From assembly GCF_021378375.1 (NCBI RefSeq), contig NZ_CP076228.1:450001-482000 (forward strand): a DNA stretch of 32,000 nt, in the 5' to 3' direction. Both the position numbers and the translations under genes were made by a program. The notes under the pieces are model-generated. The model was not told where the DNA came from, did not search any database, and saw only the letters and a program-made list of their open reading frames with translations. This stretch comes from Wolbachia endosymbiont of Drosophila innubila (lineage in GTDB: Bacteria; Pseudomonadota; Alphaproteobacteria; Rickettsiales; Anaplasmataceae). Numbering within the stretch: position 1 is the first letter of the stretch; every line of letters starts with the position of its first letter. Of the stretch, positions 1 to 11,270 are shown piece by piece.

Positions 1-457
1 AAACATTAAAAAATTTACCAAATGAAAAAAAAGGCAAAAGAAACCCTAGTCATTGTCTATTTTCAGTATTGGCGTTTTTAAGTCTTAAACACTGCAATTT
101 AGCTGCTTTTGAATGCAACTAACCTACGCTGCAAATGTTTAAGAAATTTACTAAGCAGAAAAAAAGGCAAAAGAAACCCCGTGTTAGCTAGTTGTCACTC
201 TCTAATCCTGCAAATTGGCGTACTATACTGTCTTAAACGACTTATAAGCGCGTTTCAGCTTATATAGGTAAAAACCCAGAAATGTTGTGAAGACATAAGG
301 TGCACATAGTGCAAAAAATTAAAAATAAGACGCCAACTACGTTGTTTTCTTGCTGTTTAATCTGCACAGATGAAGATAACTGAATACCTTCAATACCATG
401 ATAAGGGGGCTGGCGGAGTTTGTCAAGCAAGTTTTTCGTTTCTATATGGGCTATACC

Positions 458-1264
458 TTAAGACTTCAACGTCTTAACGCACTTGACCCCACCAGCATAT
501 AAATTTGCATGGCTCTTTCCAGTATTAAGCAATGCAAATCCAATGTTGTCTACACTAGAGCGCAGTTCCCCTATTTCCTCATTGTTTTCATTTGTCACTT
601 TAGTGCCAATATCTGGAAGTGCGTTATCCCCCTCAACAAGGTAAAGTTTTCTTCTGAATATTTCTTGTCTGCTCATTCGATTTACAACTTCCTGACCTAT
701 ATAACACCCCTTATTAAAGCTTATACCGTTTACTTTATCGATTAAAAATTGCAGCGGAAACGATGAATTCTGCACCATATCTTTCGCTCCATCTGGAACG
801 AGATTTTGAATTCTGACTTTTTCATACTGAGTAAAATCCCCAACCGGCTCTTTCATTTCATCTTTATGTATGATCCTCATTCCTAGCAGCTTGTGCCTTG
901 GATCTTGAAAAATAACTTGTGACTTACTACTACACTCCGCCAACTTAGTATTAAACAAAACCCCAACCTTATATAGTGCACTAACGTCTTTAATCTTTAC
1001 CCTCAAATAAGTTTTAAGTAAATCTAGTTTCTCGATTATTTGCTGCAAGTGCATGTTTTCGCACTCCAAGAGGGTGTATTTACCATATTCAATAAGAAAA
1101 AAATCATATAGATATTTTCCCTGAGGGCTAAGCAATAAAGAGTAAATGGCTTTTTGGCTATCCAACTTATTAATATCATTGGTTATAATACCCTGCAGAA
1201 AATCTCTAGTGTCAGGCCCATATAGCACTATCACACCACGACTTAAAAATGGTATATAACTCAT
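458..1264 (-). CDS. ygfZ: YgfZ/GcvT-like folate-binding protein
   Basis: 268-aa ORF containing KGCYIGQEVVNRM, matching the conserved YgfZ motif K-G-C-Y-x-G-Q-E. Confidence 0.85.
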   Translation of the reverse strand: MSYIPFLSRGVIVLYGPDTRDFLQGIITNDINKLDSQKAIYSLLLSPQGKYLYDFFLIEYGKYTLLECENMHLQQIIEKLDLLKTYLRVKIKDVSALYKVGVLFNTKLAECSSKSQVIFQDPRHKLLGMRIIHKDEMKEPVGDFTQYEKVRIQNLVPDGAKDMVQNSSFPLQFLIDKVNGISFNKGCYIGQEVVNRMSRQEIFRRKLYLVEGDNALPDIGTKVTNENNEEIGELRSSVDNIGFALLNTGKSHANLYAGGVKCVKTLKS

Positions 1265-1422
1265 GAAATCTCTATAAATAAATCTAAATTTTATTATATA
1301 ACATTAGGCTCTTTTAGAAACTGCTTTTGGCGTGCATATTTTACAAGCTCCAGCCCTTGAAATCTAACTTACGAGTATATATATATAAACTCATAAGTTA
1401 ATTTGTTGATGAGGAAAAACAA

Positions 1423-1713
1423 ATGTCAAGTATAAGTTTAAATGTATTAGATGATAGCGTGCTGATCAAGCCTATTAGCGAAGAAAAGCAAGGTGGAATT
1501 GTGCTTCCATCAAGTGCTGAAAAGAAACCTACTAAAGGTGAAGTTATAGCAATTGGTGAAGGTTCACGCAATTCAAGTGGCGAACGCGTAACTTTAACTG
1601 TGAAAGCTGGTGATAAAGTGTTCTATCGCCAATGGGCTGGTACAGAAATAGAACATAATAATGAGAAGCTTATCGTGATGAAAGAGTCCGATATACTTGC
1701 TGTCATTAAGTAG
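1423..1713 (+). CDS. groES: Co-chaperonin GroES
   Basis: 96 aa; [10 protein letters not shown]...[28 protein letters not shown]; directly upstream of groEL. Confidence 0.97.
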   Translation: MSSISLNVLDDSVLIKPISEEKQGGIVLPSSAEKKPTKGEVIAIGEGSRNSSGERVTLTVKAGDKVFYRQWAGTEIEHNNEKLIVMKESDILAVIK

Positions 1714-1813
1714 CAGTCTTTATTTTACTAAACTGAAACAAAGCGCAACATAGCGCATTGTAAATGATTTTATTATAGTTTTCTAAATTTTTTATTAACA
1801 AGAGGTGATAAAA

Positions 1814-3463
1814 ATGACTAATGTAGTAGTATCAGGTGAGCAGTTGCAAGAAGCCTTTCGTGAAGTTGCAGCAATAGTGGATTCAACGGTAGCAATAACT
1901 GCAGGACCTAGAGGAAAAACAGTAGGGATTAATAAGCCCTATGGAGCACCAGAAATTACAAAAGATGGTTATAAGGTGATGAAGGGTATCAAGCCTGAAA
2001 AACCATTAAACGCTGCGATAGCAAGCATCTTTGCACAGAGTTGTTCTCAATGTAACGATAAAGTTGGTGATGGTACAACAACGTGCTCAATACTAACTAG
2101 CAACATGATAATGGAAGCTTCAAAATCAATTGCTGCTGGAAACGATCGTGTTGGTATTAAAAACGGAATACAGAAGGCAAAAGATGTAATATTAAAGGAA
2201 ATTGCGTCAATGTCTCGTACAATTTCTCTAGAGAAAATAGACGAAGTGGCACAAGTTGCAATAATCTCTGCAAATGGTGATAAGGATATAGGTAACAGTA
2301 TCGCTGATTCCGTGAAAAAAGTTGGAAAAGAGGGTGTAATAACTGTTGAAGAGAGTAAAGGTTCAAAAGAGTTAGAAGTTGAGCTGACTACTGGCATGCA
2401 ATTTGATCGCGGTTATCTCTCTCCGTATTTTATTACAAATAATGAAAAAATGATCGTGGAGCTTGATAATCCTTATCTATTAATTACAGAGAAAAAATTA
2501 AATATTATTCAACCTTTACTTCCTATTCTTGAAGCTATTGTTAAATCTGGTAAACCTTTGGTTATTATTGCAGAGGATATCGAAGGTGAAGCATTAAGCA
2601 CTTTAGTTATCAATAAATTGCGTGGTGGTTTAAAAATTGCTGCAGTAAAAGCTCCAGGTTTTGGTGACAGAAGAAAGGAGATGCTCGAAGACATAGCAAC
2701 TTTAACTGGTGCTAAGTACGTCATAAAAGATGAACTTGGAATCAAGATGGAAGATCTCACGCTTGATGATCTTGGTACGGCTAAAAATGTTAAAATTACT
2801 AAAAATAATACCACAGTTGTCAGCGAAAATAGCGATTCTGACAGTGTGAAAGCTAGAATCGAGCAGATTAAATCTCAAATTGAAACTTCAACTTCTGATT
2901 ATGATAAAGAAAAGCTAAGAGAACGTTTAGCGAAATTATCAGGTGGCGTTGCTGTGCTCAAAGTTGGTGGAGCAACTGAAGTGGAAGTTAAAGAACGTAG
3001 AGATAGAGTCGAAGATGCGCTGCATGCAACAAGAGCTGCAATTGAAGAAGGTATAGTTCCAGGTGGTGGGGTTGCGCTTCTTTATGCTTCATCTGTTCTC
3101 GACAAATTAAAAGGTGCAAGTGACGAGGAACAAATAGGCATAAACATTATCAAGAAAGTTCTCAGTGCTCCAATTAGAAGGTTAGTCAAAAATGCTGGTC
3201 TTGAATCTGCTGTTATAATTGACTATTTGATTAAGCAGAATGATAAAGAGCTTATATACAACGTTGAGGCTATGAATTACGCTAATGCATTTACAGCTGG
3301 TGTGATTGATCCAGCAAAAGTGGTGCGTATTGCTTTTGAAACAGCGGTATCTGTTGCGAGTGTGCTGATAACTACTGAATCTATGATAGTTGATGTACCA
3401 AGCAAAGAAAATGCTTCATCTCCTATGGGTGCAGGAGAAATGAGTGGCATGGGTGGATTCTAA
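1814..3463 (+). CDS. groEL: Chaperonin GroEL (track ORF starts at GTG 1805; ATG at 1814 is the likelier start, behind AGAGGTG)
   Basis: [37 protein letters not shown]-terminal GMGGF. Confidence 0.97.
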   Translation: MTNVVVSGEQLQEAFREVAAIVDSTVAITAGPRGKTVGINKPYGAPEITKDGYKVMKGIKPEKPLNAAIASIFAQSCSQCNDKVGDGTTTCSILTSNMIMEASKSIAAGNDRVGIKNGIQKAKDVILKEIASMSRTISLEKIDEVAQVAIISANGDKDIGNSIADSVKKVGKEGVITVEESKGSKELEVELTTGMQFDRGYLSPYFITNNEKMIVELDNPYLLITEKKLNIIQPLLPILEAIVKSGKPLVIIAEDIEGEALSTLVINKLRGGLKIAAVKAPGFGDRRKEMLEDIATLTGAKYVIKDELGIKMEDLTLDDLGTAKNVKITKNNTTVVSENSDSDSVKARIEQIKSQIETSTSDYDKEKLRERLAKLSGGVAVLKVGGATEVEVKERRDRVEDALHATRAAIEEGIVPGGGVALLYASSVLDKLKGASDEEQIGINIIKKVLSAPIRRLVKNAGLESAVIIDYLIKQNDKELIYNVEAMNYANAFTAGVIDPAKVVRIAFETAVSVASVLITTESMIVDVPSKENASSPMGAGEMSGMGGF

Positions 3464-3474
3464 GTAGAATGAAA

Positions 3475-3496
3475 CCGTGGAGCAATTGCTCCACGG
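3475..3496 (+). terminator. Perfect 22-nt palindrome just after the groEL stop (candidate terminator/processing hairpin)
   Basis: CCGTGGAGCAATTGCTCCACGG, 12 nt after TAA; no strong T-tract follows. Confidence 0.55.
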
Positions 3497-4025
3497 TAGT
3501 TCCAAAAAATCTCATATTTTACTATTCGTTAAAGGTAATACGTTTGGTGCAGAAATGCACTACTGTTTGCATCCGTTTCATTCCTTTATATTGTGGTTGT
3601 CTAATAACAAAAAGGCAGCATAAGAAAACTATAACCCCTAGTATATTTATACTATAGCTGACCCAAGCAACACGTCATACCGCGATTCATTCCACAACTG
3701 TACGAACATTACAATATGGCACATAGTAAACGATGTCATGAAAGTAGCTGACACTGGAATGACACCCTTTTGGATGGAAACCAGTGTCACGCACTGGCAT
3801 GACACCCATTTGTTCCTATAGTTGTCTTTTCTCGTCTACCTTATTTTGCCACTCTGCTGAACAGATACAATTTACAACCACCCCCCTACCCTTTTTAGTT
3901 GTTCAGCAAATATAGAGAGGTTAAAGGGAGTGGTATTACTTAAACAACTAAATAAAAAACCAGGTAGATCATTCTGAAATTCTTGCATTTTTGTCCATAA
4001 TTTTGTTAAATAACTTCCCTTTTGG

Positions 4026-7000
4026 TCATATCGAACCAAATTTCTTTTTCACACCACCTTTTAAGCCACTTTCGTTAGTTTTTGTCATAATGCGATCAAA
4101 CACTCCCAATAACCTCTTTAATAGGTTTGGAGTTAGCGAAGAGATAAGATCAACAGATACGTTATTGTTTTTGTCATCACCACTTGCTTTATAGTCTATT
4201 GAAACGATTCCCCTACTTTTCCCACCAGTAAGAAGTTTTCCAATTATAGGAATTTTTAACAAAGATTTATTAATTAAATATGCTGGTATTACTTGTCCTG
4301 CAACCTGGAATTTATAATTTCTAATATCGAGCTTACCACCAGTGCTAATACCTAACTCCGCCCCTTCAAGCCAAGATTCTTCAATTTCAATAGTGCCATC
4401 TTTGTATGAAAAAGGTGCATTACATTTGTAAAAGTATACACCTTCATTTTTTATGGCATTTACAATGCCAGGCAATGAAGACATCGACAATAAAGTAGTA
4501 AGTAGTGGAGCATCTTTGATGTAGAAATTGCTAATGGATAACGTACCATAATGTTCTCCACTTTCTCTCTGAGGAGAGAGATAAAAAGACAATTTGCCGT
4601 TTTTAATTGATTTACTAATGCCTAAGGAACGCAAAAGCATACCTGAATTATCTGCATATATTTCGAGCCCTATTCCACTGTATTCTGCTAGTATGTTGCT
4701 GCTATCTTCCAGAAACTGCCCTGTAAATTGACTTCCATTGCAATTACCTTTAGTACAGGTTACATTCAGCTTAGCATTTTTGATAACGATGCCTTCTTTC
4801 ATAATTACATTGTCAACATTCATACTAATCTCTATATCTTTATTTAATCCATTACTGTTTTTGCCAAGCAAGCCTAAAATATCACTTAAGTTAATTTCCT
4901 CACCATAAATAGTTATGGCATTTTTCTCCTTACCTGATTCAATTTCTATACTAAAATCATTATCAGGCAATTTAAAGCTACTAGAATTTAAATATAAATT
5001 TCCATTTTCTACTCTTCCGCTGAATTTTATATCTAGGTCATTTCCTACAATGTCTAATTTATCTACTAACAATTCACCTGCTCCTTTTAACCTTGTAGAA
5101 AACAAAATTTTATTGTGATCTTCAAAGCGATTTTTCCACCCTAAGTAGCTTGAATGTGATTCAAATTCTGATAAATCTATATCACCATTAACATACCCCG
5201 TCTTATCTTGATTTATCACTGACTCTAAATTTACACTGACATAGCCACTATCAAAATTAAATATTTGAGCGGGTAAATCTCCGGTCAAATTCCAGGCGAA
5301 ACTTTCATTCCTATTGCTACTTTTCAGGTCAAATAATAGCTGTGTGTTATTCACCATACCACTACCATTTAAATCTATAAAGTCACTGCCAAAACTAAGC
5401 TTAATATCATATTTACCAAGACTTGCATTATAGACGGCCAAATTGTCAATTTCAGAATGAAAATTTGCTGAGAAGTCTACTTTTTTGTCATCAGCATTTA
5501 GATTAAAAATGCGAAAATTAAATACGGATTTTGCCATTCCACTTACTTTATCCCTTTCAACCTTCACCACATCATCCAGCTTAAATCTTATAGGCTCATA
5601 TAAACCATACGCATCACTTACAGCTTTGCCATTAATGGTTAGAACTGAATCTTCCTTATTTAGAGATTTCATTTCAATATCACCACCATTAACAGTGAAA
5701 TTCTGAAACTTAGCGCTATTTACAGTAATTTCAAGATCGTTATTCTTGATGATCAAATCACCCTTTAATTCCTTTACTTGCTCAAAATCTTCATCAAATT
5801 TTACGCTACCGTTTTCTATATCAGCAACAATTACAATGTCTGACAGATCGTCATCAACCAAATTGTTAATTTTGCCATTGAAACTTACAATGGTATTTAA
5901 AACATCCCCATCAATATTATCACAATACCAGCTTTTAAATTTACTATTTACTACACTATCTGGTATATAAGTACATAAATCCTTTGCAGCAAACTTACTA
6001 ATATTAATTCTAAGCAAAGCATGACTTGTACTAAAGTTCATTTTGCCTATCAAAGAGAGATACGTGTCATTTAACTTAAAATGGAAGTTTTTTACACTAA
6101 TAATTCCATCACTATATGTTAAATTTATATTTACATTAGTTAAGGCCAAATTTTTGTTCAAATAATTTTCTGTATTCAATACGTATATATTTCCATCTAC
6201 AATTTCATCCTTTTTATTAATTTTCACTGAGAAGCTTCCTTTGAATCCTATATTTTTGTCCAAATTGTAGCTTTTAACTAATGTAGAAAACTTGCTCAAT
6301 AGTCCCAATTTTAGATCATAAAATGTCCCGTACACATTTAGCAAATTGTTGCGATTTTTTATCGTAATTGATAAATCATCCAAAAATCCCTTTCCATCTT
6401 TTGTATTCACATGAATATCTAAAACATTAAAATCTTCCCCCTTCCCTATATATAATTTATCAATAAAAAACTCATCTTCTGTGCTTTTATCAATAGCGAT
6501 GTTAGTAAATTCAATTTTTGAATCCGCATTTAAGTCAAAAAAAAATTCCCTTATTGTTTTTAATAGATTTTTTGCACTACTTTCTGTCATCTTGAAATTC
6601 TTCCCTGTCATCCCAGTATCTTTTTTTCCTGTCATCCCAGCACTCGTCCTTGTCATCCAAGTAGCTTGACTACTTGTTTCTTTTTTTCTAGATTCCAGCG
6701 TCACGCGCTGGAATGACACCGAAGGAAGGCGATTACTACTTAAATAATGATTATCCAAAAGGTCTAATGAGTTTTGCGGATTAACATTAGTTTCTTCTCT
6801 CTTGATACATACATGCACATTATCAGCTGAAACCTGAGAGAGATTTGTGCTAGCTTTAAATAAGGAACTTAACTTAAAATGTACAAAAAGCTCAGGAACT
6901 TTTATAGTAAAATTAGGGTTTGCTATTGCCAAATCCGTAATGACTAAATACGGATCTTTGCCATCTTTCTGCCAAACAACTGAGGTATTCTCCATATTAA

Positions 7001-7148
7001 CGCTTGAGCCAACAAATATTTTTGATATTTTATGTTTAACATAAAAATCAATATAATTAATATTGATTTCTAAAGGCTTAAAAAAAATAAAGAAGCACAA
7101 TATGAATAATAAAGCTACGGAAAATAATATAGTAATTTTTTTAAGCAT
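4026..7148 (-). CDS. Large AsmA-like / DUF3971-type envelope protein
   Basis: 1040 aa, N-terminal TM segment (ITILFSVALLFILCFFIFF), repetitive beta-rich body, C-terminal segment (...GTLSISNFYIKDAPLLTTLLSMSS...GGKLDIRNYKFQVAGQVIPAYLINKSLLKIPIIGKLL) typical of AsmA-like C-terminal regions. Confidence 0.75.
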   Translation of the reverse strand: MLKKITILFSVALLFILCFFIFFKPLEININYIDFYVKHKISKIFVGSSVNMENTSVVWQKDGKDPYLVITDLAIANPNFTIKVPELFVHFKLSSLFKASTNLSQVSADNVHVCIKREETNVNPQNSLDLLDNHYLSSNRLPSVSFQRVTLESRKKETSSQATWMTRTSAGMTGKKDTGMTGKNFKMTESSAKNLLKTIREFFFDLNADSKIEFTNIAIDKSTEDEFFIDKLYIGKGEDFNVLDIHVNTKDGKGFLDDLSITIKNRNNLLNVYGTFYDLKLGLLSKFSTLVKSYNLDKNIGFKGSFSVKINKKDEIVDGNIYVLNTENYLNKNLALTNVNINLTYSDGIISVKNFHFKLNDTYLSLIGKMNFSTSHALLRINISKFAAKDLCTYIPDSVVNSKFKSWYCDNIDGDVLNTIVSFNGKINNLVDDDLSDIVIVADIENGSVKFDEDFEQVKELKGDLIIKNNDLEITVNSAKFQNFTVNGGDIEMKSLNKEDSVLTINGKAVSDAYGLYEPIRFKLDDVVKVERDKVSGMAKSVFNFRIFNLNADDKKVDFSANFHSEIDNLAVYNASLGKYDIKLSFGSDFIDLNGSGMVNNTQLLFDLKSSNRNESFAWNLTGDLPAQIFNFDSGYVSVNLESVINQDKTGYVNGDIDLSEFESHSSYLGWKNRFEDHNKILFSTRLKGAGELLVDKLDIVGNDLDIKFSGRVENGNLYLNSSSFKLPDNDFSIEIESGKEKNAITIYGEEINLSDILGLLGKNSNGLNKDIEISMNVDNVIMKEGIVIKNAKLNVTCTKGNCNGSQFTGQFLEDSSNILAEYSGIGLEIYADNSGMLLRSLGISKSIKNGKLSFYLSPQRESGEHYGTLSISNFYIKDAPLLTTLLSMSSLPGIVNAIKNEGVYFYKCNAPFSYKDGTIEIEESWLEGAELGISTGGKLDIRNYKFQVAGQVIPAYLINKSLLKIPIIGKLLTGGKSRGIVSIDYKASGDDKNNNVSVDLISSLTPNLLKRLLGVFDRIMTKTNESGLKGGVKKKFGSI

Positions 7149-7578
7149 CGATTATTGCTTTTCTTGCTAAACTATCAGCCTCCTCATTATACTTATCGCC
7201 ACTGTGTGCTTTAACCCACTTCCAATCAATTTCGTGTTGTGAAGCAACGTTGTCTAGCTCTTTCCACAATTCCATATTTTTTACTGATTTTTTATTACTT
7301 GTTTTCCAGCCATTCATTTTCCACTTATTTATCCATTCTGTTATGCCATGCTTAACATAAAGACTATCCGTATATAAATTAATATTACAAGAAAATTTCA
7401 ATACTTTCAGCCCATTGATCACCGCTGTTAACTCCATTTTATTGTTTGTGGTATTTTCTTCTCTACCATAAATGTCTTTTCTGTAATCTTGAAATAATAT
7501 GACAGCTGCCCATCCTCCCGCTCCAGGATTACCAGAACACGCCCCATCCGTATATATTATCACTTCTTTTTTACTCAT
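7141..7578 (-). CDS. rnhA: Ribonuclease HI
   Basis: IYTDGACSGNPGAGGWAA, ENTTNNKMELTAVINGL, YTDSLYVKHGITEWI, VKAHSGDKYNEEADSLAR. Confidence 0.97.
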   Translation of the reverse strand: MSKKEVIIYTDGACSGNPGAGGWAAVILFQDYRKDIYGREENTTNNKMELTAVINGLKVLKFSCNINLYTDSLYVKHGITEWINKWKMNGWKTSNKKSVKNMELWKELDNVASQHEIDWKWVKAHSGDKYNEEADSLARKAIIDA

Positions 7579-7753
7579 CTTTGTTTATATCGGTTAACAA
7601 AGTATATAGTTGCTTTTATGAAAGCACAATTTCTAAAGGTAGTTTAAGCTGCACCTTTAAATTTTATTATAGAAACAAAAAAAAGTGTGACAACGAGCAT
7701 TACCAAAAGGAAAAGTAAAAAATAGTTTTTATGCTTCTGCCGTTCTTTCATAA

Positions 7754-8641
7754 CTAAAATAAATCAATAGAACAAAAAATAATACTGGCGAATAGGGAAA
7801 ATAGATAAGAAATTGAATAAGAAAACATTTTTTTCTGTGAGCTGTGATTCTTGAACTTCATAACAGATACAGCGTACCAAATAAAAACGCAACCTTCAAA
7901 GGTTGCCATGCTTAGATAAAGTAAAGCCTTTTTCAAAAATAGAGCCGGAAGCAAGCTAGTTAGCACCAGCAAAACACTATAAATTAATATATATTTTCTT
8001 GTTTTTTCCGGACCATAAACAATATTGAACATTGGAATCGATGCCTTTGCATAGTCTTCAGACTTATTTAAAGATAGGGCCCAAAAGTGTGGTGGAGTCC
8101 ACATAAAAATTACTAAAAATAAAATGAAACTTTCCCAACTGACAGAATTAGTCACAGCTGCCCAGCCAATCATTGGAGGGAAAGCACCTGCTGCACCACC
8201 GATAACGATATTCTGCGGAGTACGCCTTTTTAGCCAAATTGTATATATGAAAACGTAAAATAATATGCTAACAGCAAGCAAAGCAGCAGAAATATAGTTT
8301 ACTGCTATTGCCATGATAAATACTGACAATATTCCAAGAGTTATACCAAATTCAAGCGCACTTTCTGCAGAAACTCTACCTGAGGGTATAGGGCGGTTTT
8401 TTGTCCTTTCCATGAGCAGATCTATGTCTCTGTCATACCACATATTTATAGCACCTGCAGATCCTGAGCCAAGAGCAACACATATAAGAGATATTAGTGC
8501 TAGAAAAGGGTGCATACTACCTGGTGCAGTAACCATACTAGCAACTGCAGTAAATACCACAAGATACATTATCCTTGGCTTCAGCAAACGCCAAAAATCC
8601 AGTATTGTTGATTCAACATTTAGCAAAACACTTGTGTACAT
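7754..8641 (-). CDS. ctaB: Protoheme IX farnesyltransferase
   Basis: [45 protein letters not shown]; adjacent to coxA. Confidence 0.95.
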   Translation of the reverse strand: MYTSVLLNVESTILDFWRLLKPRIMYLVVFTAVASMVTAPGSMHPFLALISLICVALGSGSAGAINMWYDRDIDLLMERTKNRPIPSGRVSAESALEFGITLGILSVFIMAIAVNYISAALLAVSILFYVFIYTIWLKRRTPQNIVIGGAAGAFPPMIGWAAVTNSVSWESFILFLVIFMWTPPHFWALSLNKSEDYAKASIPMFNIVYGPEKTRKYILIYSVLLVLTSLLPALFLKKALLYLSMATFEGCVFIWYAVSVMKFKNHSSQKKMFSYSISYLFSLFASIIFCSIDLF

Positions 8642-8642
8642 T

Positions 8643-10193
8643 CTATTTTACCACTGGTGGCTTTTCGAAAGTATGAAAAGGCGGTGGTGAAGATACCGTC
8701 CATTCCAAGGTGTCACCTTCCCAAGGATTATCTCCAGCTTTCTTGCCCCATTTAAAAAGATGTATAACTATAAACACAAAAAACATAACTGAAACAAAGG
8801 ACATATACGAACCAATTGAGGATATATAATTCCAAGGGATAAACGCATCAGGATAATCAGGTATACGCCTTGGCATACCAGCTAATCCTAAGAAATGTTG
8901 AGGTAAAAAAGTGATATTGGTGCTAATAAAAGTAAGCCAAAAGTGGATTTGACCTAAGCGCTCATTATATTGTTTACCCGACATTTTACCAATCCAATAA
9001 TAAAAGCCAGCAAAAGCTCCAAATAATGCAGCAAGTGACATGACATAATGGAAGTGAGCAACAACATAATAGGTGTCGTGCAGGAGCTTATCTATTCCAC
9101 CATGAGAAAGAATTATTCCCGTTATGCCACCGCCAACAAACATGAAAATAAAACCTAGTGCAAATAGCATAGGGGTCTTAAACTCAATTGCTCCACCCCA
9201 CATAGTTGCAATCCAGCTAAAGACTTTTACACCAGTTATAACACCGATAAAAATTGTGGTAGTGCTAAAAAATGCAGCAGCGTCAGCACTAAGCCCAACA
9301 GTGAACATATGGTGAGCCCAAACCATAAAGCCAAATACTGCTATACCTATCATTGCATAAACCATCCCTATGTAACCAAATACAGGTCTGTGAGAAAAAG
9401 TTGATACAACCTGACTTATGATGCCAAATGCAGGAAAAATAATTACGTAAACTTCTGGATGACCAAAAAACCAAAATAGATGTTGAAATAACACAGGATC
9501 GCCGCCACCGGCAGGATCAAAAAAGGAAGTACCAATATTGCGATCAGTAAGAAGCATAGTTATAGCACCGGCAAGCACTGGTAAGGCAACAATCAACATA
9601 AATGCTGTTAGCAAGACAGACCAAACAAACAGTGGCATCTTAGTTAATGACATTCCTTTTGTGCGCATGTTAAATATAGTAACTATAAAGTTGATCGCCC
9701 CAACAATTGACGACATACCAGCAACATGAAGTGCAAGTATAGCAATGTCAACTCCTGCACTTGGATGGAACATTACCTGTGATAGAGGTGGATATAAAGT
9801 CCAACCTGTACCTGGACCTTCACCAATAAACACTGAGAGAATGAGCAAAATAAAAGATGACACTAATAACCAAAAACTTAAATTATTCATACGAGGAAAT
9901 GCCATATCTGGTGCGCCAATCATGAGAGGTACAAACCAGTTACCAAATCCTCCCATGAGGGCTGGCATTATCATAAAAAACACCATTATCAACGCATGCC
10001 CTGTAACCATTACGTTATATAATTGATAGTTATTGTTAAGTATATTAATGTGCATTAGCTGAGTGCGAATAATCACCGATAATAATCCACCAATAATTCC
10101 AGCTAATATGGAAAAAATAATGTACAGTGTCCCTATATCTTTATGATTGGTGGAAAACAACCAACGCTTTATGCCCTTTGGTACGTCACTCAT
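8643..10193 (-). CDS. coxA: Cytochrome c oxidase subunit I
   Basis: [51 protein letters not shown]. Confidence 0.98.
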   Translation of the reverse strand: MSDVPKGIKRWLFSTNHKDIGTLYIIFSILAGIIGGLLSVIIRTQLMHINILNNNYQLYNVMVTGHALIMVFFMIMPALMGGFGNWFVPLMIGAPDMAFPRMNNLSFWLLVSSFILLILSVFIGEGPGTGWTLYPPLSQVMFHPSAGVDIAILALHVAGMSSIVGAINFIVTIFNMRTKGMSLTKMPLFVWSVLLTAFMLIVALPVLAGAITMLLTDRNIGTSFFDPAGGGDPVLFQHLFWFFGHPEVYVIIFPAFGIISQVVSTFSHRPVFGYIGMVYAMIGIAVFGFMVWAHHMFTVGLSADAAAFFSTTTIFIGVITGVKVFSWIATMWGGAIEFKTPMLFALGFIFMFVGGGITGIILSHGGIDKLLHDTYYVVAHFHYVMSLAALFGAFAGFYYWIGKMSGKQYNERLGQIHFWLTFISTNITFLPQHFLGLAGMPRRIPDYPDAFIPWNYISSIGSYMSFVSVMFFVFIVIHLFKWGKKAGDNPWEGDTLEWTVSSPPPFHTFEKPPVVK

Positions 10194-10208
10194 ATCTATA
10201 CTCCAAAT

Positions 10209-10973
10209 TTAACTCACTAATTTTCTATTTTCAATCCACTTATTAAAATCTTCTTTGCTTACTGCTTCAACAACAATTGGCATAAATCCATGGCCTTGAC
10301 CACACAATTCGTAGCACTGCCCATAATAAACACCAGGCTTTTTGATATTAAACCACGCCTCATTCAGCCTACCTGGTATCGCATCAATTTTTACACCGAA
10401 AGCCGGTACTCCCCAACTGTGTATCACATCTCCTGCTGTAACTTGTAAACGAACGTTAGTATTAACGGGTAAAATGATGTTGTTATCAACAGAGAATAGC
10501 TTTAAATCTCCTTCGATAAAGTCTTCTTTTCCCTTAATATAACTATCAAATGACACACCTTGATATTCTGGATATTGGTAACTCCAATACCATTGATGGC
10601 CAATAACTTTCAGTGTTATATCAGCTTTCGGTATTTCTTCCTGTAGCTTCAGTAATTTAGCGTTTTCAAAGGCTAATATTCCAACAATGATAGTTGGTAT
10701 AACAAACCAAATAATTTCTAAAGGAACACTATGGGTAGTTTTACTTATGTTTGTTACTTTGCTTTTACGAAAGCGAAACGCTATATAAGCAAGCAGCGCC
10801 CACACAAAAAGCATTATTGTAACCATCACAAGCATCACAAACGAATGTGACCTAACTACAGCCTCCATTACTTCAGTTGCAGGAGCAGGAAATCCAAATT
10901 GCCAGGAAGTAGGAGCAGAGGCAACAGATATATTTGAGTAAAATATTATCAATAGTGCAAATAACTTCACCAT
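10209..10973 (-). CDS. coxB: Cytochrome c oxidase subunit II
   Basis: IGHQWYWSYQYP, VIHSWGVPAFGVKIDAIPGRLNEAW, YGQCYELCGQGHGFMPI (CuA ligands). Confidence 0.97.
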   Translation of the reverse strand: MVKLFALLIIFYSNISVASAPTSWQFGFPAPATEVMEAVVRSHSFVMLVMVTIMLFVWALLAYIAFRFRKSKVTNISKTTHSVPLEIIWFVIPTIIVGILAFENAKLLKLQEEIPKADITLKVIGHQWYWSYQYPEYQGVSFDSYIKGKEDFIEGDLKLFSVDNNIILPVNTNVRLQVTAGDVIHSWGVPAFGVKIDAIPGRLNEAWFNIKKPGVYYGQCYELCGQGHGFMPIVVEAVSKEDFNKWIENRKLVS

Positions 10974-11194
10974 ATCTTTTGTTTGTTTGCTATAAAACTA
11001 AGTGATATACTGTATAATAGTATATATAAACTTACTATGCAAATAGAGATTAGTGATGGTTAATAATTTTTTAGCATTCAACAAGTATAATAGTACAATA
11101 CTAATTGAGGAAAAAAGCATTTACATAAATCTATTGTAAGTAAAAATATTATAATATTTTAAATTAAGTATTTACTTTAAGTAAATTCTATAAT

Positions 11195-11270
11195 AAGTTT
11201 AATAGTGTCTGTTACTGCTAATAACCCTCTAGCCTCACACCTAAAAGCAGTAACAGACACTATTAAACTT
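11195..11270. repeat. 25-bp-arm perfect inverted repeat (possible MITE-like element or strong hairpin)
   Basis: AAGTTTAATAGTGTCTGTTACTGCT (11195-11219) / AGCAGTAACAGACACTATTAAACTT (11246-11270), 26-nt spacer. Confidence 0.85.

Noticed and set aside
2047-2814. Minus-strand ORFs of 116, 69 and 101 aa opposite groEL
   Set aside because: Fully inside a confidently identified groEL; low-complexity S/P/L-rich shadow ORFs with no recognisable motif
4915-7044. Plus-strand ORFs opposite the AsmA-like gene
   Set aside because: Antisense shadow ORFs in a beta-rich gene; no motifs or RBS support
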